Positions 1-13,300 of a DNA stretch of 64,000 nucleotides are shown here, piece by piece. The notes below the pieces were generated by a model. That model did not search any database and had not been told where the DNA came from. It worked only from the letters and a program-made list of their open reading frames with translations. The DNA is from Laetmonice hystrix (lineage: Eukaryota): NCBI GenBank assembly GCA_965235115.1, contig OZ249436.1, positions 10,416,001-10,480,000 on the forward strand. Reading direction: 5' to 3'. Both the position numbers and the translations under genes were made by a program. Each line of letters starts with the position of its first letter. Position 1 is the first letter of the stretch.

Positions 1-779
1 ACGGATGGACACGACCTTCCTGCAAGATCAAAGAGGTCTAGGAAGATACCCAGACATAAATCAAACTTTTAAGATTCTCAAAAGACACCCTGGTCTCCAG
101 TTCAAGGTTTAAACACCTTTTCGTTCAACAAACATCTTTACCAAAATTACAGTAGCAAGCAATTAGTACTAGTTATCTGTTACCCATGCAGAACGTCATT
201 TGTTTCAATTCTAACTAATCGTTGAGGGTTTGCATGATACAATACTTCGGGTTCCTTAACGTATAGATACAGGGACAATCAAGAATTCATCCTCAGTTGT
301 TTTTTTATATGTTATAAATGCTGTTCTGTGACAAGTGCTCTCATCTTTCGAATTAAACAAAATTCATTTTGGTCAACGGACAGGTCAACGCACAGATGCT
401 TGAATAAAACAAGGTACTCCCAACTCATTATGAATGGGAATTATTCTATTTCATCATAGCAAGTAATTCGGGTAATTAACCGGATTCTGAATGTCGACCG
501 TGATCATCAACGCTGACCCGGTATTTATCGTTGTATCACATCTGTGTCTCATTCAAAGTAATCAACTCAAGGTCGATTGCATGACCTCCAATTCCGGGGT
601 AGTTTTATTACGAGACTCATCATCAGATGTACAATACGTTAATCCCAGTCACATATGGCTCGATCTGTCCCGATACTTTCTTGACGACTAAACGACGACT
701 GCCTCACTTACATTAGAAAAGGATGAGCTTAATTTAACGGACAAAACACCCTGGCCTGTATTTAAACAGTTGTGCTTGC

Positions 780-898
780 CCTCTCTGTCTTTGTCTGTTT
801 GGTCGTCTGCCTGTCTGTCTATGGCTGTCTCTCTCTCTCTGTTCGTATGTCTGCTACTTTCTTTCTCTGTGTCTGGGTGTCTCTCTCTCTATCGCTTG

Positions 899-929
<31 letters not shown>

Positions 930-945
930 TCCCTCTCTCTCTCGT
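780..945. repeat. (CT)n/(CTGT)n pyrimidine microsatellite
   Basis: Visible CT/CTGT runs; the ORFs at 770-1024 and 772-966 (Leu/Ser-rich) are artefacts of it. Confidence 0.95.
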
Positions 946-3888
946 TTGTTATTTTCTTCCGCTTGACCCGATTTATCCTGCTAACACCATGTTCACCCTT
1001 AATTACGCACCTCAGTATGTGTGATAATCATGCACTGAAACTTCTCTATGATTTATTCAAAAGAGTTACCAGATAGGTTTCCTGCTTGAAACGGCTGTGG
1101 TTTCCTTATAATGCAAGTTGCTCATGGTAAGCAAGGCTTATGCAGAGCTTGGACTCTTGCCAACCTATCTCCCAGCTTCTTTTTGTTGGTATTTAACACT
1201 GAAGTACATCAGAAAGCCTGGGCCCATCGTGTTGGATAAAAGCCTCCGGTACAAACACTGGCAGATAATAAAGACCATGCTTGCGTGAGACAATGCAGTT
1301 GGAACACCTGAGTCACTTTCATGTGGTTTGCTCTGGGTTTCGCCCCACTTTCATGCCTCGGTACCCTTTTAATGTGACACATGCAGTTGTTCCATGCAGA
1401 TGTTTTGATGAGTCGAGTGAGCAATATTTGAGCTTAATGCACTTGTAGACCGACCGAGGTCTGGAGGCGCCAGGAGCAATACCACAGCCGTCCTGCCCTG
1501 CTCAATCAGGCCTGCCCGGAGGAGTCGGCCATGATCCGAATATACAAATGGTCGGTGCATCTCTCATATTCTCCCTGGGAATGTTATGTGACAGCGCAGC
1601 AGGAGAGCAGCAAACTTCTGGTGCACTTTGGAGTTATAAGCTGATGGTACCTTCCACGAAATAACCTAGGACACTACACCGAAATGGCACAATAATGGAG
1701 TCACAAATCGTGCTATTTATAACCCTAGTCAAATTACCATGGGGGAATCACCACTTTGGCACCTGCCGCGGCCCAATGCAGGCCATCTTCAGCCCATATG
1801 GCGGCACCCAGCTTCCCCAGAGACTCTGCTTATGTGACCGAATAATACAAGCTGTCATTAGGTCATATCTGCCCCTATCACGCGTGCCCCTCTACCCTAA
1901 GCTGAGATCTTACCCCCTTTCTGTTCCGAGTCCGCCAGTTGCACTCTCCGACCTTCCAACTACAGCCTGCACGGCCCACATCATGCCAAAATTCCAAACA
2001 TACAGAACATATGAAATTACAAGTGGAGATTTAGTCTACCAGAATTTGTTTATCGCCATGAATCTGGCGAGTCGCATGGGGAAGAAAGTCGTCTTGACCT
2101 CTGGCAAGAGTTAACCATCGCACAAAGATCACTTGCCCACAGTCAACGCACAAGGCGGCATTTATGTGGCCGCACATTCGCAGCCATGACCCACCAATTG
2201 TGATTTAAACATATGACGTGAGGTTTTTTTGGTGTTTGTGTTTTTTTTTACCTTGTAATCTGTATAGATCTATTTCCCACCGAAAAACACATGTATCATT
2301 TCACGGGGAGTAAGGGTTGCACACTGGCAATATTGATTACCACCATATTGCCACGTGATTTCTATTTTCAAGGCCTTGTGTATTCAGAAGTAGTGACTAC
2401 ATTACAACTAATGCTTGCCTGGATTGTTGGATTCTGTATACAAGATATCGCCAGCACGCAAAAAACCCTCCTAGCCTGCCAAAGATAAGTCTCTATGTAT
2501 CAATCAATAAAACTAACACTATTCATTGTGCAGCGGTAATTTGTATAATACGTGTCATTTTGGCTACAAAGAGTTTGATAGAGTGTTTCATTATAATGAC
2601 ATAGTTTAGTCGCTCCAGAGCCATGCAGTTGGAGCCGATTGAAAGCAGAAGTAGGGGTAAACGTTCCAGCAAACCAACTATATTCAGTATCTCTGCATTC
2701 CACTGCAATCATAGGCAACTTAACCCGTATTCTGTACGGCTCCTTCCAATGATTGCTATACATTTACAGGGTCACAATTGCTATAGTATTGCAGTACTTA
2801 TATGAGCAGATTAGAGAATTGCAGTAGCGGGTTGGACGTATCAGATAACACTACAACAGACCTCGCCCTGGAAACAGAGCCAGACATGATGAACTTCAAT
2901 CTGTACTGTTTATTGCCGTTTGTATTTTTAGAATAGCAATAGATATGTATTTTTGAAACAGAAGCTGTATTCATCTTTCCATGATTTTGAGTTACTCAAG
3001 CCAAAGGCACATGAAAGAACGTTACCACTATATATATTGAGATCCATTTTCTGTGGGTAATTTTCGAAGAGCTGTCGGTTGAGATGGCAGTTCAGCCTCT
3101 GACAACCTCGACATGCCTACATGTTAGCTCTTTAATACCCAATGAAAGCGTACAAACATAACAGTGCTTGGTATCGTCAACAAGGGTGGTATGTGACGGT
3201 TCGGTCAAAACCATTCATCTTTTACTCTTGTAACCTTGCAATTATAAAACACTAAAACACTGTTGTGGAGGCGTCCAACCACAGTCCCAAACTACTCGGT
3301 ATGCCCCTGCTTACTTTCTACTCAGCATGGCTCATCTCTTTCGTCAAAGTTCTAGGCTCTATTACTGGAAAGTTTGACGAGTGAACCATCCTGATTCTCA
3401 AAATCTGCAACAGAATTATCCTGCCAATCCAAAGGTAATTGGTCCAAAATATTTCTAAAATATTAACCAGTGACCTGACCCTAACTAAACTTTTTCTAAC
3501 CGTTTAGCTAAATGGAATTGTATAATTGGAAACCCGTCAAGCACACATATAGCAGTGTTTCATTGGTTACAATTCATACCTTTGAGACAGATAGGGTCAT
3601 GAGTGAAATAACCCAAATCGTGTTACCTTGCATGTCGACAATGTAGTACATTTAGGTGAACCGGTGCGTTCTGTTAAACCTTTTTACAAACACTCACGTC
3701 TACATGTCAGGAATACTCATAGGAAATAAAATGTTACAAATAACCTTACGTCAATAATGGATGGAAGAAAAGAAAAAAACGCTGCCTGTAGGCATATCAA
3801 TTAAAAATCACGCTTTCCACGTTATAGAGACAAATGTTTATATATACTGAACTGAAATAAGTCATGAGTGTGAAATCTAAGTTTAATA

Positions 3889-4056
3889 TACTGTACAACA
3901 AGTAATTTTAGCGAGGTATTTAATTTAGCAAATATAGCCATTTGCCATTTTCGCTAACAATAGTTGCCGCTAAATTTTAACCATAAAGCCTTCCATGCTA
4001 TACTAATTCTCAAATCGCTAAAATTTGTACCCGCTAAATTAAACTGTTATACAGTA
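3889..4056. mobile_element. MITE-like non-autonomous DNA transposon (168 bp, TA-flanked)
   Basis: Ends TACTGTACAACA...TGTTATACAGTA are reverse complements with 1 mismatch; inner AATTTTAGCGAGGTA pairs with TACCCGCTAAATT; no ORF. Confidence 0.75.
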
Positions 4057-4575
4057 TCTGCAATGATTTCTATTGCATTTGAAAAAGGTCGATATATAAC
4101 TGACTAAAGAGGATTTAATATACCTAAACTGTCCCGTCTTTAGGAACTTTTTAATCCTTCAACCACAGAAATCTAGCGATCGTATTATGTTTTTTTTCCC
4201 TCGTTTGGCTAATGGCTTCCGGGGATCGGTCAAAGAATAGGAGAAATCCTTCAAAACATAGCTGTTAAAGTCGCTGAATATTCATGACTCCTGAAAACTG
4301 TCATCTTGCTCATCTAAATAACACATCAAAGGCGTTTTTTTCGTGATCACGACCGTGTAAGCCTGCTGACCTTGGACCTAGTGCTGGCAAACATGTGCGG
4401 TCCGGAATGAAAACAAAGCTCATGTTCTACTTATATTGGGAGTGGGGTCGTATGTTTTAATATAAAATAACAAATTAAACATTTACAATTATCTTATGAT
4501 GCTCCTATCTGTGACACTGAAAACATAATCAAAGCGTCAAGGATGCCTTAGAAAGTGATGAATTTAAACCCTTAC

Positions 4576-4648
4576 CTCGTTTCTGCATGAATGAGAAAAG
4601 GTCATCTAAGAATTCCTTCCGTTTCGGGTCATCTGACAACTCGTAGAG
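4576..4648 (-). CDS. ARID3: ARID3/dead ringer exon 3, start of the ARID DNA-binding domain
   Basis: Reverse strand reads ttttttttcaattgcAG|CTC TAC GAG...AAA CGA G|GTAAG = LYELSDDPKRKEFLDDLFSFMQKR(G), 73 nt. Near-identical to the ARID3A/Dri motif LYE.D.DPKRKEFLDDLFSFMQKRG. Phase-0 start matches the upstream exon. Confidence 0.97.
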
Positions 4649-7600
4649 CTGCAATTGAAAAAAAAGTAGAAATAACGTCAACATATTGTAAGGTCATATA
4701 AAGATCAGACGGTCATACTACTTCAAATATGTTAATGTCTTTATAATCGGTTGTGGGGTTTTAACTATGTTTTTCATGCTGTATTATGTATCAGAATGGC
4801 AGGGTTAGTAATGGCTTAAGAGTAGTTGATGCAAGATGATATCATGTGGCTGTGATTCCCACCGATCATGCAGTAAACAGGGAGGCATCCCGCATTCCAG
4901 CAGTTTTCATACACTTAGGTCACATGTGGTAAGTTCCAAGAATGAGACGGTAAAGCAGAATGAAAAGTTTGACTCTGTGTGTCATTTAAATCCCAGGTCA
5001 CGTCAGCATGACGTTTTATATCCAAGGTCAGGTTTCGATAACCATGACCTTGTATGGAGCACGATCTACGTCATGCAATCTTGTATCTCTTCATGCCAAA
5101 CTCCCTGCCCTCCGTAAAGAGCATGCTCCAGGGCCGGCCCATATACAATGTATACTATTAAACGTTGAATCTTTCATTCTTGCCAGCATACAGTCACGAT
5201 TTGCAGGTAATAGGGCCTATAGGGTAATGAATCTGATATTATATCGTTGGCCATTTTCTTCAGATCTGTGCCAAGTAATATTTAGCTACCGATTTTACAA
5301 AGAGACTGTGGCAATTGTTTCATGGTTCGTAGAGTTTCCTGCAGTCTAGCAAAACCATACCTCATTTAGATATGCCAGTATTATATTGAAGCCTCCAGGC
5401 ATAACTGGTGACCTGATAATGATACATGCCCTGATATAGACTATACTTCCTGTTTCTAAGGAAAAATTTGACGAACCTCAGGTGCCCTGAGGCACCAGTC
5501 GAGTTCAAGTTGCAACTTAGAAATGATTGTTTCAAAGTCTACAGTATCAGGAGCGCGTTTTATAACAGTGACAAACATGCCCATCTATAGGAATTTGACT
5601 TTCCAGAAATTTATATAATACTTGTATTACAGACTTTCTTTGAAGACAATTCGAAAGCTAAGGGCTTAAAAATAAAACTGTAAATTAAGACTAGCCCATT
5701 CAAAGTGGACACAGCGAAACCAACAAGGGATCATTAGACATGAAATGAAAGCCTTCCAGTAGCACTTTTGTTGACCAACAGTTCCTTCAATGTGTACAGT
5801 TCCAGTGTGTGATCACAAAGATTCAAGCTGTGCCCAAGGGGACAAATGTAGGCCAATTTAGCAGGTCCTGTCGAGGGTAGTACGGGGACGGGATGTGCAG
5901 CTAACACGACACTGTCTATTCCGTGCACATCATCGTCATGTCAGCCCCCGCCCTCTCTCTACTTGCACACGCCAATGTAAGTAACCGCACTTATCGCCCT
6001 CCTCCTTGAGATATTTCCGTACTTCAGAACCATAAATACATATCTGAGGCGGTGAGTTCAGTTTGGGTGTGCGGTGACCATGGCAGCCCTTCACGGCTGG
6101 CTGACAAACGTGAATGGCCGTAATGTCTATATCAAACTGTCCGAGCGGTTGATCTCACTACAACTGCTTGTTTACGCTCCTTACGGGAAAGTCTGAGGAG
6201 GACACATTCATTGGCTTCTGGCCCACTCCGTTAGTCTTGTCACCATTAGCTCAATTAAACATATTAAATAGATAATTATCGCCCCCATGTTTGTGCATCA
6301 AGCATATACATCAACTGTGACTGTGCTGTTCAGTAAATGGACGACAACTGGCACGCTTCCATTTACTGTCCCATCTATCGAGATTTTGCACTTTCAGGTC
6401 TCCTTACATATTCACGTCTATATATTAGCGACAGTTATGAAATAATATGGCTATTAAATAAACTTATATCAATTTGGAAGAATTTTAAATAGTCATTGAA
6501 CAATCTGAAAATATGATTGCTGATAAGTTCAACGTTCTACGAAGTACAGCCAAAACACATATAAAAGGGGCTTAACATGGATTAACATCATAGATCTATG
6601 AATAAACTTATGGGAAACACCCTTCAAATGCTCTCTCTAAAGGATTTCACTGGACTGCCCTTCAAAGGTCAAGACCCACAACAAAAGGATGAACTGTTTG
6701 TCACCAGCCATTGACTTCATTAAAAGTGGAAATTTGAGAAATTTGTCAAGCTTGTCTCCGTCCTCTGCATGGCCATTACAAGCGACATTAGCTTGTGCCT
6801 AAAGACCGTTCATGTCGTTTGAGACGTGGGGCCGGTTCCGCTGCCGTCCGTCTGCTAGCTGACAGCACCGAGGTGTGCCGCCCATGTGACACTGCCGTAA
6901 CTTCCTTCATTATAGATGTCACGCTGTCCCTAACACCTCCATGCCATCAAAGTTTCATCAAGCCAGCACAATCATCATTTGTTTTGTCGTCTGATTGCAG
7001 CAGGTACGGCACCTTCGGATTGGCCACAATACCACGCCAGTCTACGCGCAGACAACATCGAATAAATCTCAACTCTTCTCACCGACAACTCTGGCTCCTT
7101 GTAATTGTTAGGGAATCCGGGAACGGCTCATCAAACGACAAACACTGTATGTAAGAGGAGTTATTCACGAGCCCAAGAATTCAACATGTTTTAGTACTGT
7201 GTCTCTGGGAACGAAAGGCGTCTGTATCATCGACATAAATCAAAGCTCTGAATCAGCAGTCACTGTTTCGAATTAATCTCGAGCTAAAGGCCCGTATCAT
7301 GCCTTGACACGATTCCCATGGAAAGACCTCAAAGTGGAACAGAGTGAAAAGGGGGACATCACTTGAACTATGAAAGCATCTAGTCCTGATGGAACTTAAT
7401 TTGAATTCCAGCTTTCAACATGTCTTAGGTTGTACATCGATGTGCGAGTGTTCAGTGACTAGGATGTCATGTTCACGGGTTCATGCCGTCATTGGAAATG
7501 TGCGGTGAAGAAAGATGGTCGTGTCGCCTACTGGAGCATACAGTGTCAACACTACATCCTCCGCAGCTGGCTCCATCCTTCTTCCAACAGACACATCATT

Positions 7601-10235
7601 GTTGACAGAACCGTGATATACTAACCTTTGCTGTTTATCACTCTATTAATGATCTATAAATCAGTCAATAAATCTACAAGACGAGATTTTCTCTTACAAG
7701 GGGCCGGTATGAAGTTAGTGGCTCTGGTATACATTTCACAGCCTAAGTGAATAACCAGTTTCTAGTCTTTTGGTGGCAGTGCAGCTGGCCGGTATTTTTC
7801 CTTGTCGCCAAAGTGGTCTCGATGACCTGTCCACACAGACCGGCGAAATGCAAGACACTTTCACATGGGAACAACTGTCGTCCGCCTCCAAAAACTACTT
7901 ATCCTGTGATTGATCATTTATCTTCTGCCCGATGCCGCACACAAACACATCTTTCTTGTACCTATCATCCGAGCCTGCGGAACTTCGCCTCGGGAACTTC
8001 ACCCGGAAACAGTAGAAAATTAAATCAAGACCAGTGCTAGCCGAAGCTGCAGTCTGATCAAGTCGTGGCTGGTACTATTGTCCAGCGAAATTGCTATGTG
8101 CAGTCAATGAGGTATAGAGTGTGGTCAAGGGGCGATACCACCCGCTGGACTGGACACTCCACTGTCTCCACCCCCATGACAAATGGCTGATCTGCAATCA
8201 TTAAAGCCAATGATATAAAATTGATGTTTGCGGATAAGAAGGAGTCCAACAACGCCGATGCCGATAACGTTTATGCCCTGCGGCATTCGGGCTTGATAGA
8301 GATGCCACCCTCCATCTGACACTAGTGACAGTGGCACCTTGGCCGAACAAAGGCGGTCGGCGTCCGTGTCTGACGAGGCGGTGGGGGTAACCGCCACGTA
8401 TAGGGGGACTGGGGTGACATACTGGCACCGACAACCACATGGCCTGATTTTTAACTTTGGAAGTACAAATCATAGGTTATAAAGCCACAATACGGCGACA
8501 AATTACAACCACATCCCTGTACAGGTATCATTGGCGAAGGTGTAGGGTACTTAAAGGGGCATTTCTTGAGCAGGAATAGAACGTGTAGTTTTTATACTTT
8601 CCTCTAGGTTTTAATTTAAAAAGGTTTCGAAACAACCATAATTTTGCTGACATATCATCAATGAATACGTCGATGTGCCCTATTTCATGGGGTAGGTTGA
8701 ATTGGTATGTATGCCTTTTCTTATAAACGTGGGATGGGAAGATATCTGACGCGTTTCGTTAATAAAGGGTGTGCATTACAGAGAGAAAAAACACAGATCT
8801 ATAGGGATATGTCAGACAAGACAATGGACTCCCATCTGCTAATGCTACCAACATGACGCTTGGCTGCAAGCAGCAACAAAGATTTCTTCCAACTAAATGC
8901 TTGGGCTTTAAAAGCAGATTTCCACGGCAATGGCCACTAGTCTTCAGAAGACAATTTCTGCTGTTCCCCTCCTGGCCCAGAGGATGTCTGTCGGGTGACA
9001 GCGGCTTCTGGTTGCATCACTGTCGTTATGTCTTTGTTACTTAATGTCTAGAGTTGAGAATGCATGTCTAATATTTCAAGTTGTCCTTTTGCATGCCAGT
9101 TGTCCTACCTACAGTCCTAATACAGCTCATTGTTCCGGCAGTTGCTGCGTTACGACAGATGTCAAAGGTCTGGCGATCCCTCTCACCACACTGCCATCAA
9201 AATCTCACTGATATGTCTCTCTGGTTACAATTGTCCCTTTTGTTGGTTGTTTTGATGTAACAACAAAAGCCTGAACGTGTCAGTGTGAGGTTGAGGAGTG
9301 TTTAGGGGCGTGCTATACCGGTGTTGTGTTGTTAAGGAGCGAAGAGAACGAGTCGCCAGCACAGATGGTTCCGCGTTGCTCAACATCCACTCTCCTGACA
9401 TGTTCAGTTATCAGGACATATATCTTGACGACTTGAAAGCTCCTCTATGCACCGCACATATTTGATTTCCTTGCTTGACACATTCCATACAACGCGTAAC
9501 TGTAAATCAATGGGGGTTACACACTGAGTCTAATCCCTGCCTCCCATCAATGCACTCTGGTAGCCAATGCAAAAGGCCGAAATTCAAAATGGGTAATGAA
9601 GGGGAATTAGATTGCTTGCAGTGCACAGCAAACTGCTTCACCGCCACATACCATGCACTATTTATCAGCTAAAGGATGAACACTGGAAAACATCTGAACA
9701 CTTTACAACTGTTAGCGAGGCAGATTTACTTACCTGGTTTACCTTAATACTAGAAATGAGACCTACGTTTTGGAAAACACATGCTAGAATCTTTCTGATT
9801 ACAGCCTGAATCACATACAGGTTCTACAGTGAATCTTTATCAGATAAACAGTCACATCAATAGAACTACACAATTTGAGGTATATTAATCCCAATGATAT
9901 ACCCCACTTCTAAGGCTATGTTTATTAGTATTCCACTTAAATCCATATGTGGCTAGTTTTGTTAGTAACAAGGCAAGCAAAGTATGTTAGCAGTGCCACA
10001 CACGTCATGCAATAAATTTCCCAGAAAGGGGCACTCAGTCTGTTTTCTTTCAATATTGGTCCATATTTCAGGCGCCATTTCATTTCCACAGGACTAACCT
10101 CTGCTATTTGACTCTGTGTGGATGCTGAGGTTGTGGCCTTGAGGGGACCCGGAGAGCCAGGGGAACCTGCTAGCTTGCGGGAGGACGGGGCCATCTGAGA
10201 CAGAACAAAACCCACACTAAGCATCACCATAACCA

Positions 10236-10340
10236 CGGCAGCAGCAGCAGCAGCAGCAGCAGCACCAATAGCAGCACCAACAGTAGCAGCAGTAACAGCA
10301 GCAGCAGAGGCAGACACCAACACATCAGCAGTCAGCATGG
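10236..10340. repeat. (CAG/CAN)n trinucleotide low-complexity tract
   Basis: GCAGCAGCA... run with CAA/TAG/TAA interruptions; the poly-Gln frame is broken by stops. Confidence 0.85.
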
Positions 10341-13300
10341 TTCCTATTAGCCATCTTATATATTACAGCCTGCAGCTTGTCTCAAGATAAAGTGTGCCTA
10401 ACTGAAAGCATGTTTGATTCGGGAAAGGAAATCTCTTGGAACATTTCCAACTTTACCAACTGAAAATTCTATATATATGATATGTGATAGGGTACTAAAT
10501 TTACAATTCCTGAAGAAATGAAGGGTGGATGGATAAGCTTTTCACCAAAAATAGCCACGCTTAAGAAATTGTTGCACTATAGGAAACGTATTTATTTCAA
10601 TGTGGCTTAAGGAAAAGCATATATTAATCAAAGGTATTGGAACCTTCAATCTAGTCCGTAAACTGAGCTGACTCGGGTCTAGATTAGCGCCACGTATCTT
10701 AGTAAGACTGTCAGTGAGTTTTTATGTACTTAACCAAGTGTAGGCAGTATCGCCAATTCTTTAATTCACTTTTTTTTCTCAAGATGAGTTAACTAATATA
10801 AGGATGGATTGTTCAAATACATCTACCAAACTAAACAGTCATAAAAATAGGTCTCATCTTTTCTCGGATATTTTTTTTGCGACGATAGAAATTTTCCTAC
10901 CACCTTCAGTCAATGGATTCAGAGTTGTTTTAACATTGTCCAAAACATACAAAGATTTCACTTGTGCATATATGTTGCTGGGTCAAAAGGTCTGGCTGAT
11001 TTTTGCTGCTAAAAAGATGTGCATTAGTCTTATACACAAGCTCAAGTCCCTTCAAGGTTTTTGTGCGGATCGTTGGCCAAGACTTTCCCAGCTAACATGC
11101 TGCATGGATCAGTGCGGATTTGACTTGAGGCAATAATGCTGCAATCATGACGAACCCAATACCCCCAACGGAAGGACGCTTGATCAAAACTAAGATCAAT
11201 GTCTTTGGAAATAAACAAAACAAATAAAGGCAAAGGCATTCAATAATAGAAAAGTGAACACGTAAGTTAGATAACAAATATACCATTAACATTACCGACT
11301 ACAAACAAACTTCACGCTGACATTTCAATTGTTTCGGAAAGATAAAGAGCAGTAGAAAATCTCATGTTGCGTCTACTTCAAACAAAGTAAGTTTGCCCTA
11401 TGAAAGGTTACTTTTTATTAATCCAACTCATAAAGCCTGAACACAATAGCAAACTTACTTCGTTCAACACGGGCATAGTCTTCCCATAAAAGGACATGTC
11501 TCTCTGGTCAATTAAAACTCCATGTCTGTTTTCATTTTGCTTGGAGCCAAAAGTCACGGATCAGTGTGGGGCCATGACCCTGGCAGATCTGAGCATGTCC
11601 CCCAGATATAACAGTAAAATGAAGACAAGAGCAAAGTGAAAAAGGGGAATATGCGATGCGTAGTAGCCCACCAGGCTGACAGTCACATATTGTGGCCTCT
11701 CGTGTAAGGTCACTGATTATTACTTTCAAAGGGAGGCTTCCCATTGTCTGCCTAAGATTTAAAGTACTTGCAGGGGAAGCATGACCCGGCAGTTCTGGGC
11801 GTTCACCGTTTCAATGGCTCTAGATTATATTTTACCTCTTGTGCTTGGAATTTAAAAGCCTTCGAGGAAAGGCAAACTGGACTGGTTTACAATTGATATG
11901 TTTAGTAACTGCCCGAAGGAAAATGTCAAAAACTGTTTCGTGGCTTTAAAAAACAAGGAAAAAAAGGTGAATGATATAAAACTTTTTCGTAGACAAAAAA
12001 GATCGAGCAGTGCGACATGAAAAGCAGAGGAACACGGAGGTACGTAGATGGCTACATTGTCACAGAACAAAGAACGTTTACATAGAAGATTGATTGAAAG
12101 CAGTCGGAAGCGAAGAAGCTTACTCTACTACGGCATATACTATACTATATGTAATTAGCAATTTATGTAATAGTGTACAAAACATTTATTTTTCGGAATC
12201 TTAAAATGCGTGGTCAGAATGATCAAATGACTGCAATTGCAAACAAGGTACTTCCAATATGTTATGGCACTACAGGTTCACTAATCTCTGGCCACCAAAG
12301 TCTGAACAGGTTCTTAGTAATAATAGGAGATATCAATGAAGGTTTAATGTCATGCTTGATTCGTGCAGTGTTAATGGCCACCCCACCATGTATATTCTAA
12401 AGGAAGGTGTCCTACCTGAGCTATTTGCTTCTCCAATTGGCTCTGGGGAACACCTTGACCCTGAAAAGGGCAAAAGGTCAACCAAAGGTCAGAAACCCAC
12501 CAACACCAACAGAAAGACCACCCATATGCTTTAACACATTATTTCTTTTTGCACATATTATTTCAAATATTGCACATTTTTGACAGAATTCCTATACAAT
12601 TTCAGTCATGTATATCAATTTGTACGGTTAATCTGCCGGAATCAAATCGAAAACTAATATAATATAGACTGAAAATAAGCAGTAAAAACAATAAATTAAA
12701 CAACAGAAAGTAACAGTGGTGCAGATTATATACAAACACTTACTTTCAGTTACATATTTAGCCACAATCTACTTTTTCAAAAATGCTAAATATAAAATAA
12801 CCTAGGCTAGATATGAAGGCGACTATCTGTACACTTAAACACCTTCTTTAAGAAAATCAAATAGACTACCATTCATTCGTTAACACTTTACTCATATCAA
12901 AACAATGAACATACACGATTAAGTACAAGTCAGAAAGCAATACACAAAGCGCCTTAGAACAGCAAAATCAAGAGATCTCTGAAAACAAAGAACATAAAGA
13001 AAAAGAATCATTGTCAGAGATTTGGGTACGGGGCATGGGGTTGAGTAGGAGTTCACAGCGAGTTCTTTTAAAAGATCTGCACCATCAGTTACCTGCATCA
13101 ATTCGAGACGACCAGCCACAGCCAAGAGTCATGCAGAGGAACCCCTGGCTCTCCTTCCAACTACCCACCATCAATTACACAAGATCCTCCCTGTTTATCT
13201 GTCCTGGCCTTCAATAATGCAGTGTTGATTGTTCGGCATGGCTGCCACAGTCGCACCTACCGTTGGCTATTCCAGCAAACAGCCACCGGCAAAATCAACG

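Noticed and set aside
1430-1490. LVDRPRSG peptide resembling a Tc1/mariner HTH motif
   Set aside because: Too short, with no TIRs or further transposase motifs nearby.
1-4575. Next ARID exon (expected GTPVNRIPIMAK)
   Set aside because: Not found; the ATTCGGATCATGGCC look-alike near 1530 (minus strand) does not extend and hits a stop.
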